Both the position numbers and the translations under genes were made by a program. The notes beneath the pieces are model-generated. The model made no database searches. It saw only the letters and a list, made by a program, of their open reading frames with translations, and was not told the origin of the DNA. A stretch of 64,000 bases of DNA from Bacteroidales bacterium (GTDB lineage: Bacteria > Bacteroidota > Bacteroidia > Bacteroidales > F082): positions 11,676 to 75,675 of the forward strand of contig JAKSMV010000008.1 of assembly GCA_024400425.1 (NCBI GenBank), given 5' to 3'. Positions 7,861 to 17,262 of the stretch are shown here, in pieces. Numbering within the stretch: the first letter of the stretch is position 1; each line of letters opens with the position of its first letter.

Positions 7861-8601
7861 ATGAAGAGATTTTACAATTCATTGTCGCTAGCTCTGAAAA
7901 GCGACACCTTCTATGACGGCGTTGAGCGTGTTTGCACCTGCCTGAAGGGAGCCAAGACCAAGGATGCCTTCGTGGCAAGCGAAACCAACAAGTTGGACTC
8001 GCAAAAACAGCAACTGTCAGAGACCTTGCATTACAAGGCTGCCGTAGATGACATCTCTGCCGAGACTTTGGCCTTGCGCCGCACAGGTTCGGCGCTACGC
8101 CATCAGATCAGTTGGTGGATGAAGTTCGGCAACGCCGAGGAGCAGGCCTGTGCCTCGCGCCTGAAGGGCATCGCCGACGAGTACGGGCCTTTCAACCGCC
8201 TCACGGTACGCGACTGCCGTACGGCAGCAGAACTGCTGCTGCGCGACTTCGGCACCGGGCAGGCCATGGCCGACATCGCTGCCCTCGAAGGCGTGGGGGA
8301 TTTGGCCGACCAGCTGGAGACTTCGCTGGCGACCTTGCGCGAGAAGCAAGCACTAGTCGATGACATCGCCGCAGCCACTGTCAAGCCCGAATCGTTGCAC
8401 GAACTGAAACGTGGCATCGCCGACACGTTGAACGGCATCATGGAGTATCTCGTCGGCATGGTGAAGGTGGAACCTGAGGCATTCGGCACCTTGCTGGAGA
8501 AGCTAGCCACCATTCTCGACAATGCCAACATGCGTAAGCGCAAGGCCGCACATCAGTTGACTGTGGTGCCTGATGGCATTGCTGCAGAAGTCCCTGCCTA
8601 A
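7861..8601 (+). CDS. hypothetical alpha-helical protein (246 aa), GC-rich relative to its neighbours
   Basis: ATG at 7861. It is the only long ORF here that is not repeat-derived. A strong terminator follows it. I recognised no motif. Antisense ORFs inside it look like GC-richness artefacts. Confidence 0.5.
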   Translation: MKRFYNSLSLALKSDTFYDGVERVCTCLKGAKTKDAFVASETNKLDSQKQQLSETLHYKAAVDDISAETLALRRTGSALRHQISWWMKFGNAEEQACASRLKGIADEYGPFNRLTVRDCRTAAELLLRDFGTGQAMADIAALEGVGDLADQLETSLATLREKQALVDDIAAATVKPESLHELKRGIADTLNGIMEYLVGMVKVEPEAFGTLLEKLATILDNANMRKRKAAHQLTVVPDGIAAEVPA

Positions 8602-8683
8602 GCTGGGCATTTTCTCTCATTATTCGTTTCTGCCCAAAGACTTGAGTAAAGGAATCATCCTTTTGGGTATTGAAACGACTAAC

Positions 8684-8714
8684 GGGGCATCTTCGGGTGC
8701 CCCGATTTTTTTTC
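8684..8714 (+). terminator. rho-independent terminator
   Basis: GGGGCA-TCTTCGGG-TGCCCC hairpin followed by GATTTTTTTT. Confidence 0.75.
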
Positions 8715-8875
8715 AATATATGAATCGCGGATAGGCAACTGAAAATATACAACTGTGAGAAAACCAGTACATATTGTCGGCGAAGACGTTTTTTCGTTAA
8801 CTTTGCGCCCGAAAACACGAGTCGGTCTAACGGGTTGCCATCGCGCCCAAGATTTGGCTCTGCAACTCAGCTACC

Positions 8876-9358
8876 ATGAAAAAAGAACAATTCGTCTGTC
8901 CTTACGAACTTTACGAAAACGAACAGGAACTCGACCGGCAAGATGCCGAATTGCTGCGATTGGCTCACGAAGCCACAGCAAAGGCCTACGCCCACTATTC
9001 GGGATTTCGCGTTGGCGCCGCCGTACGCATGGCCAACGGCCAAATCGTGACCGGTTGCAACATCGAGAATGCAGCCTATCCAAGCGGACTGTGCGCCGAG
9101 CGCGTCACGCTGTTCAGCGCCCAAGCTCAATATCCTGGCGTGGCCGTCGAAGCCATCGCCGTGACAGCCCACTCCGAACACGCCTTGGTTGACGAACCCA
9201 TCGCACCTTGCGGAGCTTGCCGACAGGTGATGGTAGAAGTGGAACAGCTCTCGAAACGCCCCTTACGCATCATCTGCCAAGGCCAAGTCGGACCCGTCAT
9301 GGCGTTTGACGGCATCGAGTCGCTGATGCCCTTTATCTTCGTAGATAAGTTCCTCTAA
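8876..9358 (+). CDS. cdd: cytidine deaminase
   Basis: Zinc-ligand motifs CAERVTLF and PCGACRQVM. The 160-aa size fits the homotetrameric type. Confidence 0.9.
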   Translation: MKKEQFVCPYELYENEQELDRQDAELLRLAHEATAKAYAHYSGFRVGAAVRMANGQIVTGCNIENAAYPSGLCAERVTLFSAQAQYPGVAVEAIAVTAHSEHALVDEPIAPCGACRQVMVEVEQLSKRPLRIICQGQVGPVMAFDGIESLMPFIFVDKFL

Positions 9359-9768
9359 GCGAAGGTAAACAACAAGTTACCAAAGAAATTCCACAAGGTG
9401 GAAACGCCAACGCCAAACACCTTGCTCAGATAGAAATTCCATTTCAGCTTGCCGTTAAGCACATAGACCGTCAAGGTGTCGAGACCCAAACCGACGAGCG
9501 AAATGGCGAAATATTTGGCATATTCAACACCAATTTGAGGATTCGAACTCTGGAACGTCCAAAGCCGATTGAAGATGTAGTTCGTGGTAGCGGCAAAAAT
9601 GAAACCGAGAATATTGCTGAGATACTTATTCAGCTTCAGCCATTCCTTAAAGACGTAGGTGACGCCAAAGTTGACGAAGACTCCCGAAAAACCTACCACA
9701 CCGAATTTCAGGAACTTGAAGACGAACTCACGCGTCAGCTCTATTTTCAGCAATATCGTTTTCAACAT
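9355..9768 (-). CDS. GtrA-family membrane protein
   Basis: 137 aa with 4 predicted TM helices. FLKFGVVGFSGVFVNFGVTYVF is a typical GtrA-like N-terminus. Confidence 0.78.
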   Translation of the reverse strand: MLKTILLKIELTREFVFKFLKFGVVGFSGVFVNFGVTYVFKEWLKLNKYLSNILGFIFAATTNYIFNRLWTFQSSNPQIGVEYAKYFAISLVGLGLDTLTVYVLNGKLKWNFYLSKVFGVGVSTLWNFFGNLLFTFA

Positions 9769-9818
9769 TTCTTTCTGCCTTATGCCGCAAAATTAGCCGT
9801 TTTTCGGGAAATATAGCC

Positions 9819-9826
9819 TACTTTTG
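9819..9826 (+). promoter_or_regulatory. -7 box TACTTTTG upstream of queA
   Basis: Matches TAnnTTTG just before ATG 9842. It argues against the TTG start at 9824 used by the track. Confidence 0.55.
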
Positions 9827-9841
9827 CACAAAATTTCAACA

Positions 9842-11053
9842 ATGGAAGAAGTAAGAAACATCAGCATCGACGAATACGACTACCCCTTGCCCGAAGAACG
9901 CATCGCAAAATACCCTTTGGCCGAACGCGACGCATCGAAACTTTTGGTGCTGAAAGACAGCCAGATAAACGCATCACAATTCAGGAACATCGGTGATTTC
10001 TTGCCCCAAGACGCACTGCTGGTTTTCAACGAAACGAAAGTCATCAGGGCACGGTTGCAGTTCCAGAAAGAGACCGGCTCGCATATCGAAGTGTTCTGTC
10101 TTGAACCCGACGACGACTACCAAATCGCTTTCAGCAGCGCCTCGCCCGTGCGTTGGAAATGCTTGGTCGGCAACTCGAAACGCTGGCGCGAAGGCTTGCT
10201 CTCGATGCCGTTGACCGTTGCCGGACAACAAGTTACACTGAATGCAGAGAGAGTCGAACGCAACGACCAGTATTCGGAAATCGAGTTTTCGTGGGAGCCT
10301 TCTACCCTACCCTTCGCTTCCATTCTCGAAGCCGCTGGCGAGATTCCGCTACCACCCTATCTCCATCGCGACGCCGAGCCTGAAGACCGCGACCGCTACC
10401 AAACCGTCTTCGCAAAATACGATGGCTCGGTAGCTGCCCCTACCGCCGGACTGCACTTCACCAAACCGCTCATCAACAAACTGGGAAACAGCGGATTGCA
10501 ATTCGACGAAGTGACACTTCACGTTGGTGCCGGCACCTTCCGCCCCGTGGCCACCGAAACCATTGGCGAACACGCCATGCACTCCGAGACCATCATCGTC
10601 CGCAAATCGCTGATCGAACGGCTCATCGGCCAAATCGGGAAGAACATCATCCCCGTTGGCACCACAAGCACACGCACTTTGGAAAGCCTCTACTGGATTG
10701 GAATGATGCTCCACGAACAAGGAATGGAATTACGCAACTTGCACGTCGAGCAATGGTATCCTTACGAAAATCACGATGCTTTGTCGGCAACAGAAGCCTT
10801 ACAAAACATCGTGAATTATCTTGACTTACATCAGCTTACGCGCCTTGAAGCCAGCACGTCGCTCATCATCGCGCCTTCCTACAAGATGCGTGTCATCACC
10901 GGATTGATTACCAACTTCCACCAACCCAAGAGCACGCTATTGCTATTGGTTTCGGCACTCATCGGAGAGCGATGGAAGCAATGCTACCAATTCGCCCTCG
11001 ACAATGGCTTCCGATTCTTGAGCTACGGCGACAGCTGCCTGTTCTTGCCTTAA
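9842..11053 (+). CDS. queA: S-adenosylmethionine:tRNA ribosyltransferase-isomerase
   Basis: MEEVRNISIDEYDYPLPEERIAKYPLAERDASKLLV is a typical QueA N-terminus. Also PTAGLHFT and FRFLSYGDSCLF. Confidence 0.92.
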   Translation: MEEVRNISIDEYDYPLPEERIAKYPLAERDASKLLVLKDSQINASQFRNIGDFLPQDALLVFNETKVIRARLQFQKETGSHIEVFCLEPDDDYQIAFSSASPVRWKCLVGNSKRWREGLLSMPLTVAGQQVTLNAERVERNDQYSEIEFSWEPSTLPFASILEAAGEIPLPPYLHRDAEPEDRDRYQTVFAKYDGSVAAPTAGLHFTKPLINKLGNSGLQFDEVTLHVGAGTFRPVATETIGEHAMHSETIIVRKSLIERLIGQIGKNIIPVGTTSTRTLESLYWIGMMLHEQGMELRNLHVEQWYPYENHDALSATEALQNIVNYLDLHQLTRLEASTSLIIAPSYKMRVITGLITNFHQPKSTLLLLVSALIGERWKQCYQFALDNGFRFLSYGDSCLFLP

Positions 11054-12156
11054 CGTCTTCTGCGACCGTTGTAGTTGCCGCTCAGCGTCTCGATGAACTG
11101 GTTGGCGGCCGTCTTCATGCTCGTGAAGTCGTTGCCCAACGAACTGGAGCAGTCGAGCACCAGCATAATCATGGCACTCTTGTATTCGTCAACGATTTCG
11201 GTATTGCCCGAAGGAGTGAACTCACTATTCACCTGCCATTGGTTGGTTGCAGGAATCAAGCTCCACAATTTCACGAAACTTGTAGAAATCTGATTGCCTT
11301 GCAGGTCGTTGAGGTTCTTGAACGAAAACACATCAAAGATGCCATCAGGAGCCGAAATGGTTGTAGTGCCAGTAAGGCTTTCCAAACCAACATATTGGAT
11401 GTCGGTCAGTTGACCTAAACCGCCAGAACGCACGTATGTGCCTTGAATGTAGCATTGCGATTGGGCAGCGTTTTGGACATCGTCGAACGTAAAGCGGATG
11501 ACAACCCCAGGCTCCTGAGCTGGCAGACGGAGCGTGACATTGTAGTAAGTGCTCTGGTTATAAAGCTGCTGGGCAATCTCGGCAAACTTTTCGGATGCCT
11601 CCGACATGCTATTCACTTCAAAGACATTATGTTGTGGATCACTTGAGAGCTTCTCCAAGTTGTTGCGGAAGTCATCCACATTGACGACATCGGAGCCACG
11701 CACACCAATCGAATAGGCTGAAATGGCTTGTCCGCCAATCTTCTCGTTGAGGATGCGGCTGTTCACTGCCGTAAGGTATTCGGCACCCGAGTTAAAGTTC
11801 GACATCACATACGAACCTTGGTCGAGGCCATCGGTGAAAGTCACCACACTGACATCAATCAAATCGGCAGGCTTCTTGGCCCTTGCCATTTTCTCGATGC
11901 CCACATTGACAGCATGATAAAGGATGGTGCCATTTTGCATCGTCAGATTATCCACAAAAGCCTCAAAATTGTGTTTCGTAGAATTGTTGAGCAAACCAAG
12001 ATCCATGGTGTAAAGCTGGTCGTTGAAACCCACGACACCCAGATAAAGGCCTGATGGAGCGGGAATGTTGTCGTCATTCTCGTGCTTGTTGCAGCTTGTG
12101 CAAACCGAAAGAGTCAGGGCAAGCAAAAGAGCCACTGATAGAACCTGTTTTTTCAT
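11050..12156 (-). CDS. lipoprotein with vWA-like domain whose DxSxS strand sits at the C-terminus (apparent circular permutation)
   Basis: Track ORF extends to 12255. The ATG at 12156 gives MKKQVLSVALLLALTLSVCTSC (lipobox). The N-terminal part carries vWA beta2-to-beta6-like motifs (LYLGVVGFNDQLY, GTILYHAV, VSVVTFTDGLDQGS, AYSIGVRGSDV). The C-terminus is AMIMLVLDCSSSLGNDFTSMKTAANQFIETL, i.e. a MIDAS DxSxS strand plus helix. Confidence 0.6.
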   Translation of the reverse strand: MKKQVLSVALLLALTLSVCTSCNKHENDDNIPAPSGLYLGVVGFNDQLYTMDLGLLNNSTKHNFEAFVDNLTMQNGTILYHAVNVGIEKMARAKKPADLIDVSVVTFTDGLDQGSYVMSNFNSGAEYLTAVNSRILNEKIGGQAISAYSIGVRGSDVVNVDDFRNNLEKLSSDPQHNVFEVNSMSEASEKFAEIAQQLYNQSTYYNVTLRLPAQEPGVVIRFTFDDVQNAAQSQCYIQGTYVRSGGLGQLTDIQYVGLESLTGTTTISAPDGIFDVFSFKNLNDLQGNQISTSFVKLWSLIPATNQWQVNSEFTPSGNTEIVDEYKSAMIMLVLDCSSSLGNDFTSMKTAANQFIETLSGNYNGRRRR

Positions 12157-12309
12157 TTCTATTTGTTTTAGTGATATAATTCTTGATTGTTCCGATAACG
12201 TGATTTGTCCATTAAAATTGCAAAAATACTTATTTTTCGGCAAACAGCCATTCAAATGCCATTTACAGAAATCGACAAAATCGGAAACTCCTTCAACCTT
12301 CCGGCAATG

Positions 12310-13992
12310 CTATTCCACCTTCAGTTCCTGAACAAACCCGGTTCCATATTGCTGAATACCAGTAACTTTAAGTCTTCTTTGTGGCGCATTTCCAATCCAC
12401 ACCACTTTGATGCCTTTCTCATCGCATTCGCAGACGAAACCGCCTTCAACCTGCCAGCTGACGTGTTTAGCAGACTTATCCAAATAATACTTCTGGTTAG
12501 CTTTCTTGATTTGTGGTTTTACGGGTCGAACCACTTCGCTGAAGAAGCGGCTCATCGTGTCTTGAATGAAATAATAATTCTCGTTCAGAGCCTTTTTGGT
12601 AAGCTGAGGAGAGTGTTTGTAGCCGTCAAAAGTATAGAGTTCTGCCTTGACACCCAATTCCTTAGCACGCTCAACGATGCAAGAGGAGCCATACATCTTA
12701 TCGAATAGTGTCTTCTTGAAGAAACCCGCCATGGCAAACGGATAGTCGAAGTCGTAAGGCACGATATTATCCATATTTCCATGGAACGCCACAATCGGGA
12801 CATTTCTGCCTTCAAGCATTTCGAGGCTCGGCATGGCGCCCCACATGTCGGCGACACATTTAATCGAAAAAGACACATCTATGTCGTTGCCACTAGTCTC
12901 GATGCCACCCAAGTCGCCTTTCCTGTTACCTACGCAAGTCGATTCCGGTCGTGTTTCATTCGTCATGAAAGTCAAGCCCAAAGCCGTGATTCCGCCAGCG
13001 CTGCAACCTCCGACAATCAACATGGAAGTGTCGATTCCAAATTTGTCACGATTGGCCACAAGGTAACGCATGGCGGAATGCGCGTCCTGAATGGCACAAT
13101 AACCCGCCCGTTCGATGCCATCCTTGGTAGGCTGGAACCCAATCCTATAGTCGATTGAAGCCGTCACATAGCCCAACGAAGCCAAATGTTCACAAAAAGC
13201 CTTGGTAGTGATGTCTTTACGCGTGCCATAGTAAAAGGCGCCTCCATGAATGAGCATCACCAAAGGACGTTTTGCCAAGGTGTCGCCTTTCGGATAATAG
13301 ACATCCATATATAAGTCCAAATCACGCTCATCCCGTGCCTTTCCCAGCTGGAAAATCATGTCGCCTGCGGAGTTCGTCAGCTCATCTAGCTCGGTCCAAT
13401 AACCCTCCACATCAGCAAAATGAATGCTATCCAAATGCCTGACCTCAAACTGCGGCAAAAGATAGCGAGTCGTATCAAAAGACTCGAAAGCAGGCATCTC
13501 GCAACGAGCAAAACTGAAAGGCGTATAACTCATCAAGCCATTTCTAATACGACCATCAATCCTCGAATCGTCCTCCCTTATCTTCTTAACCCGATGAGAC
13601 ACATCCACATCACGCGAAATGAAACGAACCCTACTCCCTTCTGCACTCAGTGTAAATGCAATAGTATCAGACACTTCATCACTTAGCGACAGATAATGTC
13701 CTTTCAGTTCGGACACATCGCTCGACTCGACGAACACGGCATAAAACCCGCTGCCTAAATTACCTTGATACACAGAAGGAACAGGCAAGACAGGGAATGA
13801 CTTCAGCCATTCCTCCATTGGCTCCATTGGTTCAACCAATTCAATCGAATCACCTGGCATTATTGGTTCACTACTCTCGTTTGCAATCTCACATTCGTCA
13901 GTTTTCCTTTGAAAAACAAGCATGCAAATCACACCAATTCCAATGGCAAGAGCCACACATAAGGCAATCCATATTCTTCTTTTCTTCTTCAT
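12310..13992 (-). CDS. alpha/beta-hydrolase (HSL/family-IV-like carboxylesterase) with N-terminal membrane anchor and extra domain
   Basis: ATG at 13992 (MKKKRRIWIALCVALAIGIGVICMLVF). Contains the LIHGGAFYYG oxyanion motif and the GGCSAGG nucleophile elbow (GxSxG). Confidence 0.8.
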   Translation of the reverse strand: MKKKRRIWIALCVALAIGIGVICMLVFQRKTDECEIANESSEPIMPGDSIELVEPMEPMEEWLKSFPVLPVPSVYQGNLGSGFYAVFVESSDVSELKGHYLSLSDEVSDTIAFTLSAEGSRVRFISRDVDVSHRVKKIREDDSRIDGRIRNGLMSYTPFSFARCEMPAFESFDTTRYLLPQFEVRHLDSIHFADVEGYWTELDELTNSAGDMIFQLGKARDERDLDLYMDVYYPKGDTLAKRPLVMLIHGGAFYYGTRKDITTKAFCEHLASLGYVTASIDYRIGFQPTKDGIERAGYCAIQDAHSAMRYLVANRDKFGIDTSMLIVGGCSAGGITALGLTFMTNETRPESTCVGNRKGDLGGIETSGNDIDVSFSIKCVADMWGAMPSLEMLEGRNVPIVAFHGNMDNIVPYDFDYPFAMAGFFKKTLFDKMYGSSCIVERAKELGVKAELYTFDGYKHSPQLTKKALNENYYFIQDTMSRFFSEVVRPVKPQIKKANQKYYLDKSAKHVSWQVEGGFVCECDEKGIKVVWIGNAPQRRLKVTGIQQYGTGFVQELKVE

Positions 13993-14008
13993 TCCAAATA
14001 ATTTTCGA

Positions 14009-14016
14009 CAAAGATA
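14009..14016 (-). promoter_or_regulatory. -7 box TATCTTTG (minus strand) for the esterase gene
   Basis: Matches TAnnTTTG 17 nt upstream of ATG 13992. Confidence 0.55.
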
Positions 14017-14051
14017 CAAAACAAAACCGTACTTTTACAAAAATTTTGGCC

Positions 14052-16607
14052 ATGAGAAAAACAGCCCTACTCCTGCTATTCATCATATTCCTGCTTGACA
14101 ATCAATCGTTTTCGCAAAACAACAAATGGATGCTGAATTGGAATGAAGAATTCAACTCCAACAAGTTCGACACACGCTACTGGTCGAAAGTCAAAAGGAG
14201 CAAGACCGATTGGGGCAACACAATGACGAACAACGATGCCTTATACGATTTCAGAGACGGCTGCCTCGTCTTGAAAGGCATCTGCAACGACATCCTTCCC
14301 AACGATACGGCAACCTATCTGACTGGTGGTTTATGGACACGCGACAAGAAATCATTCGGCAACGGGCGAATCGAGATCCGTGCCAAGTTTTCGACCGCTT
14401 CGGGATTCTGGCCCGCCATCTGGATGCTTCCTCAAGCCGACAACAGCGTGAAATGGCCTAACGGCGGCGAAATCGACATCATGGAACACACTGAAAACAA
14501 TGATTATATCATGCAGACCATCCATACCTACTACACAAGAATACTTAGGAAATACAATGAGCCAATCAACACACATCATCCCAAATATAACGAAGGCGAT
14601 TTCAACATCTATGGCTTGGAAAAATATCCCGACAGTCTCGTTTTCCTTCTGAATGGAGAGCCCACCTTCACTTATCCACGTTACAGAAATGGCGACAACC
14701 AACAATACCCATTCTGCGATAATGAATTCTATCTCATATTGAGCGCACAGTTAGGGGCACAAAGCCTCCCCGACATCAATCCAGAGGAATTGCCCGTTTC
14801 GCTCGACATCGACTATGTGAGATATTACGAGCCAACAGCACCAACAAGCATCATCCCAGAGCCTAAAGAATGCACAATTAGCAATTCTAAGACACACAAA
14901 GTCAGAAGAATAAATAAGCATTCCAAACCTCTTGGTCATCCAGAAGAATATCGTCTCATCGCAAAGAAAGGTAAAGTCAGCATCGAGGGCAATAGGCAGT
15001 GGGCGCTTCAATCGTTAGAACAGTTGAAAGATGAAAATGGGAGAATACCCGACATTGAAATCCACGACTGGCCAAGTTATTCTTTCCGCGCTTTCATGCA
15101 CGACACGGGACGAAACTACCAGCCCGTCGAAATGCTCAAAGAGACCCTCGACCTGATGAGTTTCTACAAGCTGAACTACTTTCACTGGCACCTGACCGAC
15201 CATCCCGCCTGGCGCATCGAGTGCAAGGCCTATCCGCAACTCAACGACCCTCAGTATCAGCGCCAAGGCCGCGACGAAGGCAAGTTCTACACCTACGACG
15301 AAATACGCGAAATCATCGCCTACGCCAAGGAAAGAGGCATCACCATCGTACCCGAAATCGACATGCCCGGGCATTCCACCTATTTCCAGAATACCTTTGG
15401 CGTCAGCATGGACTCCGAGGAAGGCAAAATGATTCTTGAGACTTGCCTCCAAGAGTTCTTCGACGAGATTCCTGCGACCTCATGCCCTTATTTCCATATC
15501 GGTTCTGACGAAATCCACATTGCCGATCCCGAAGGCTTCATGCGTTGGGCGGAAGACATCGTTGCAAGAAACGGCCGCAAAGCCATTGCATGGGCACCAG
15601 GTCTGCCGACATCCGAGAACACTATCCGCCAGATTTGGAATGAGGCCGAAGGCTCCAACGCCGCCATATCTAAAAAACCAGGGAAATATGTCGATTCCTT
15701 TGTGGGCTATCTGAATTATTACGACCCAATGGTCTTCACCAATCGCGCTTTCCTTCATACGGCAGCCGCCCAACCCGAACCCGACACCACGAAAGCCCTC
15801 GGCGGCATCCTTTGCCTCTGGAACGATGTCAACGTGGAAGAAAAAGGGAACATCGCGCTCCATAACGGCATGATTAACGGCATGATGGCTTACGCCGAAC
15901 GCTTCTGGAATGGTGGCAATGCCGGAGAAATCGCCAACGAGAACCTACCAACAGGTCCTTATACAGTAGCAGGCTCGCGACTTGCCAATTTCGAGGAAAA
16001 GATGAAAGTCCATCGCGACCGCTTCCACAAGGAGAACATGCGCTGGGTTGCCAATTCCGAGATAGAATGGCAAGTGAGCATCGACACAAGCACATCCCAC
16101 ACCGCATTTGGCGGCGCCGTCGATTTAGACGCTTTTTGCAAGCAATACGGCATCACGACCAACGACACTGCATCAGCCACAGCGCAGACCATCATCATTG
16201 CCGACAACGACATGGACATCCAAGCCTGGATTGGATTCGACACACCTGCCCGTTCAAACCGCAACGGCTATGGCATCGGCGAGCAAGGCCAGTGGGAAGG
16301 CGGAAGCCAATGCTTCGTCAACGGAGCGGAAATCAAACCCGCCACACAATGGCAAGAACCCGGAAAATACAACTACCACTACAACACTTGGATGCGTCCC
16401 GAAGAAGAAGAGCCTTACACCGACGAGCAACTATATTGGATGCGCGAACCGGCGCAGATACACCTGAAAAAAGGCGAGAACCTCATCGAGATTGTCGTTC
16501 CAAAGACCTATCAAGGCCTTCGCTGGAGCTTCGCCTTCATCCCCGTAACCACTTTCTCTGATGGCACGGTATGCGAAGTGGAAGGCATCAGCTTCAAGCA
16601 TCCATAA
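14052..16607 (+). CDS. secreted bifunctional glycoside hydrolase: GH16 module fused to GH20 beta-N-acetylhexosaminidase module
   Basis: The ATG at 14052 gives the signal peptide MRKTALLLLFIIFLLDNQSFSQ; the track start at 13797 overlaps the divergent esterase gene. GH16 motif: GGEIDIMEH (ExDxxE). GH20 motifs: YFHWHLTDH, PEIDMPGH, FHIGSDE. Confidence 0.82.
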   Translation: MRKTALLLLFIIFLLDNQSFSQNNKWMLNWNEEFNSNKFDTRYWSKVKRSKTDWGNTMTNNDALYDFRDGCLVLKGICNDILPNDTATYLTGGLWTRDKKSFGNGRIEIRAKFSTASGFWPAIWMLPQADNSVKWPNGGEIDIMEHTENNDYIMQTIHTYYTRILRKYNEPINTHHPKYNEGDFNIYGLEKYPDSLVFLLNGEPTFTYPRYRNGDNQQYPFCDNEFYLILSAQLGAQSLPDINPEELPVSLDIDYVRYYEPTAPTSIIPEPKECTISNSKTHKVRRINKHSKPLGHPEEYRLIAKKGKVSIEGNRQWALQSLEQLKDENGRIPDIEIHDWPSYSFRAFMHDTGRNYQPVEMLKETLDLMSFYKLNYFHWHLTDHPAWRIECKAYPQLNDPQYQRQGRDEGKFYTYDEIREIIAYAKERGITIVPEIDMPGHSTYFQNTFGVSMDSEEGKMILETCLQEFFDEIPATSCPYFHIGSDEIHIADPEGFMRWAEDIVARNGRKAIAWAPGLPTSENTIRQIWNEAEGSNAAISKKPGKYVDSFVGYLNYYDPMVFTNRAFLHTAAAQPEPDTTKALGGILCLWNDVNVEEKGNIALHNGMINGMMAYAERFWNGGNAGEIANENLPTGPYTVAGSRLANFEEKMKVHRDRFHKENMRWVANSEIEWQVSIDTSTSHTAFGGAVDLDAFCKQYGITTNDTASATAQTIIIADNDMDIQAWIGFDTPARSNRNGYGIGEQGQWEGGSQCFVNGAEIKPATQWQEPGKYNYHYNTWMRPEEEEPYTDEQLYWMREPAQIHLKKGENLIEIVVPKTYQGLRWSFAFIPVTTFSDGTVCEVEGISFKHP

Positions 16608-16634
16608 TTTTGACTCTCGACACATCAAAAAACG

Positions 16635-16642
16635 TATCTTTG
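16635..16642 (+). promoter_or_regulatory. -7 box TATCTTTG upstream of the flavodoxin gene
   Basis: Matches TAnnTTTG 18 nt before ATG 16660. Confidence 0.55.
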
Positions 16643-16659
16643 CCGCAAACTTTACAACT

Positions 16660-17205
16660 ATGAAACGATTCATAATTCTCATCACTATCGCCTTCTTAGG
16701 CATCAACCTAAACGCTCAGACTATGAACAGAAAGACATTAGTCGCCTATTTCTCAGCCACCGGAACGACTGAAAAAGTGGCGCAAAACCTCGCCGAGGTC
16801 ACCCATTCCGACCTCTTTGAAATCAATCCGGAAACGCCCTACACCGCCGCCGACTTGGACTGGAAAGACCGCAACTCGCGCAGCACCATCGAGATGAACG
16901 ACAAGACATCGCGCCCTGCCATTGCCGAAAAATTGGACAACATGGCCGATTACGATGTGGTCTATCTCGGCTTCCCCATCTGGTGGTATGTCGCCCCGAC
17001 CATCGTCAACACTTTCCTTGAAAGCTACGATTTCAGCGGAAAGACCATCGTGCTTTTCGCCACCTCGGGCAGCAGCGGCTTCGGCAAGACCGTCGAAAGC
17101 CTTCAGCCCAGCGCGCCAAAGGCTAAATTCATCGAAGGCCGCGTGCTGAACGGCAACCCGTCGAAAGAGAAAATCGGCGAATGGGTCGATAGTTTGGAAC
17201 TGTAA
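16660..17205 (+). CDS. flavodoxin-like protein (start ambiguous: 16660 gives a signal peptide, 16723 gives a canonical cytoplasmic N-terminus)
   Basis: KTLVAYFSATGTTEKVAQ is an FMN-phosphate loop. Also VVYLGFPIWWY and IVLFATSGSSG. MKRFIILITIAFLGINLNAQ precedes the internal MNRK. Confidence 0.8.
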   Translation: MKRFIILITIAFLGINLNAQTMNRKTLVAYFSATGTTEKVAQNLAEVTHSDLFEINPETPYTAADLDWKDRNSRSTIEMNDKTSRPAIAEKLDNMADYDVVYLGFPIWWYVAPTIVNTFLESYDFSGKTIVLFATSGSSGFGKTVESLQPSAPKAKFIEGRVLNGNPSKEKIGEWVDSLEL

Positions 17206-17216
17206 CAGATAGAAAC

Positions 17217-17241
17217 GTAGAGACGCGCCATGGCACGTCTC
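17217..17241 (+). repeat. REP-like element: GTAGAG head + imperfect palindrome ACGCGCCATGGCACGTCTC
   Basis: One of four GTAGAG+palindrome elements in the window (see 18444, 21562, 41134). Confidence 0.6.
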
Positions 17242-17262
17242 ACAAGAAGAATCTGTAAAAAC

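Noticed and set aside
13797-14051. 85-codon N-terminal extension of the GH16-GH20 gene
   Set aside because: It overlaps the divergent esterase gene and both promoter boxes. The signal peptide starts at ATG 14052.
17193-17207. TTGGAACTGT (10 nt of the array core) at the 3' end of the flavodoxin gene
   Set aside because: It simply encodes the terminal Leu-Glu-Leu-stop. It is a single copy without the palindromic tail, so it is most likely chance.
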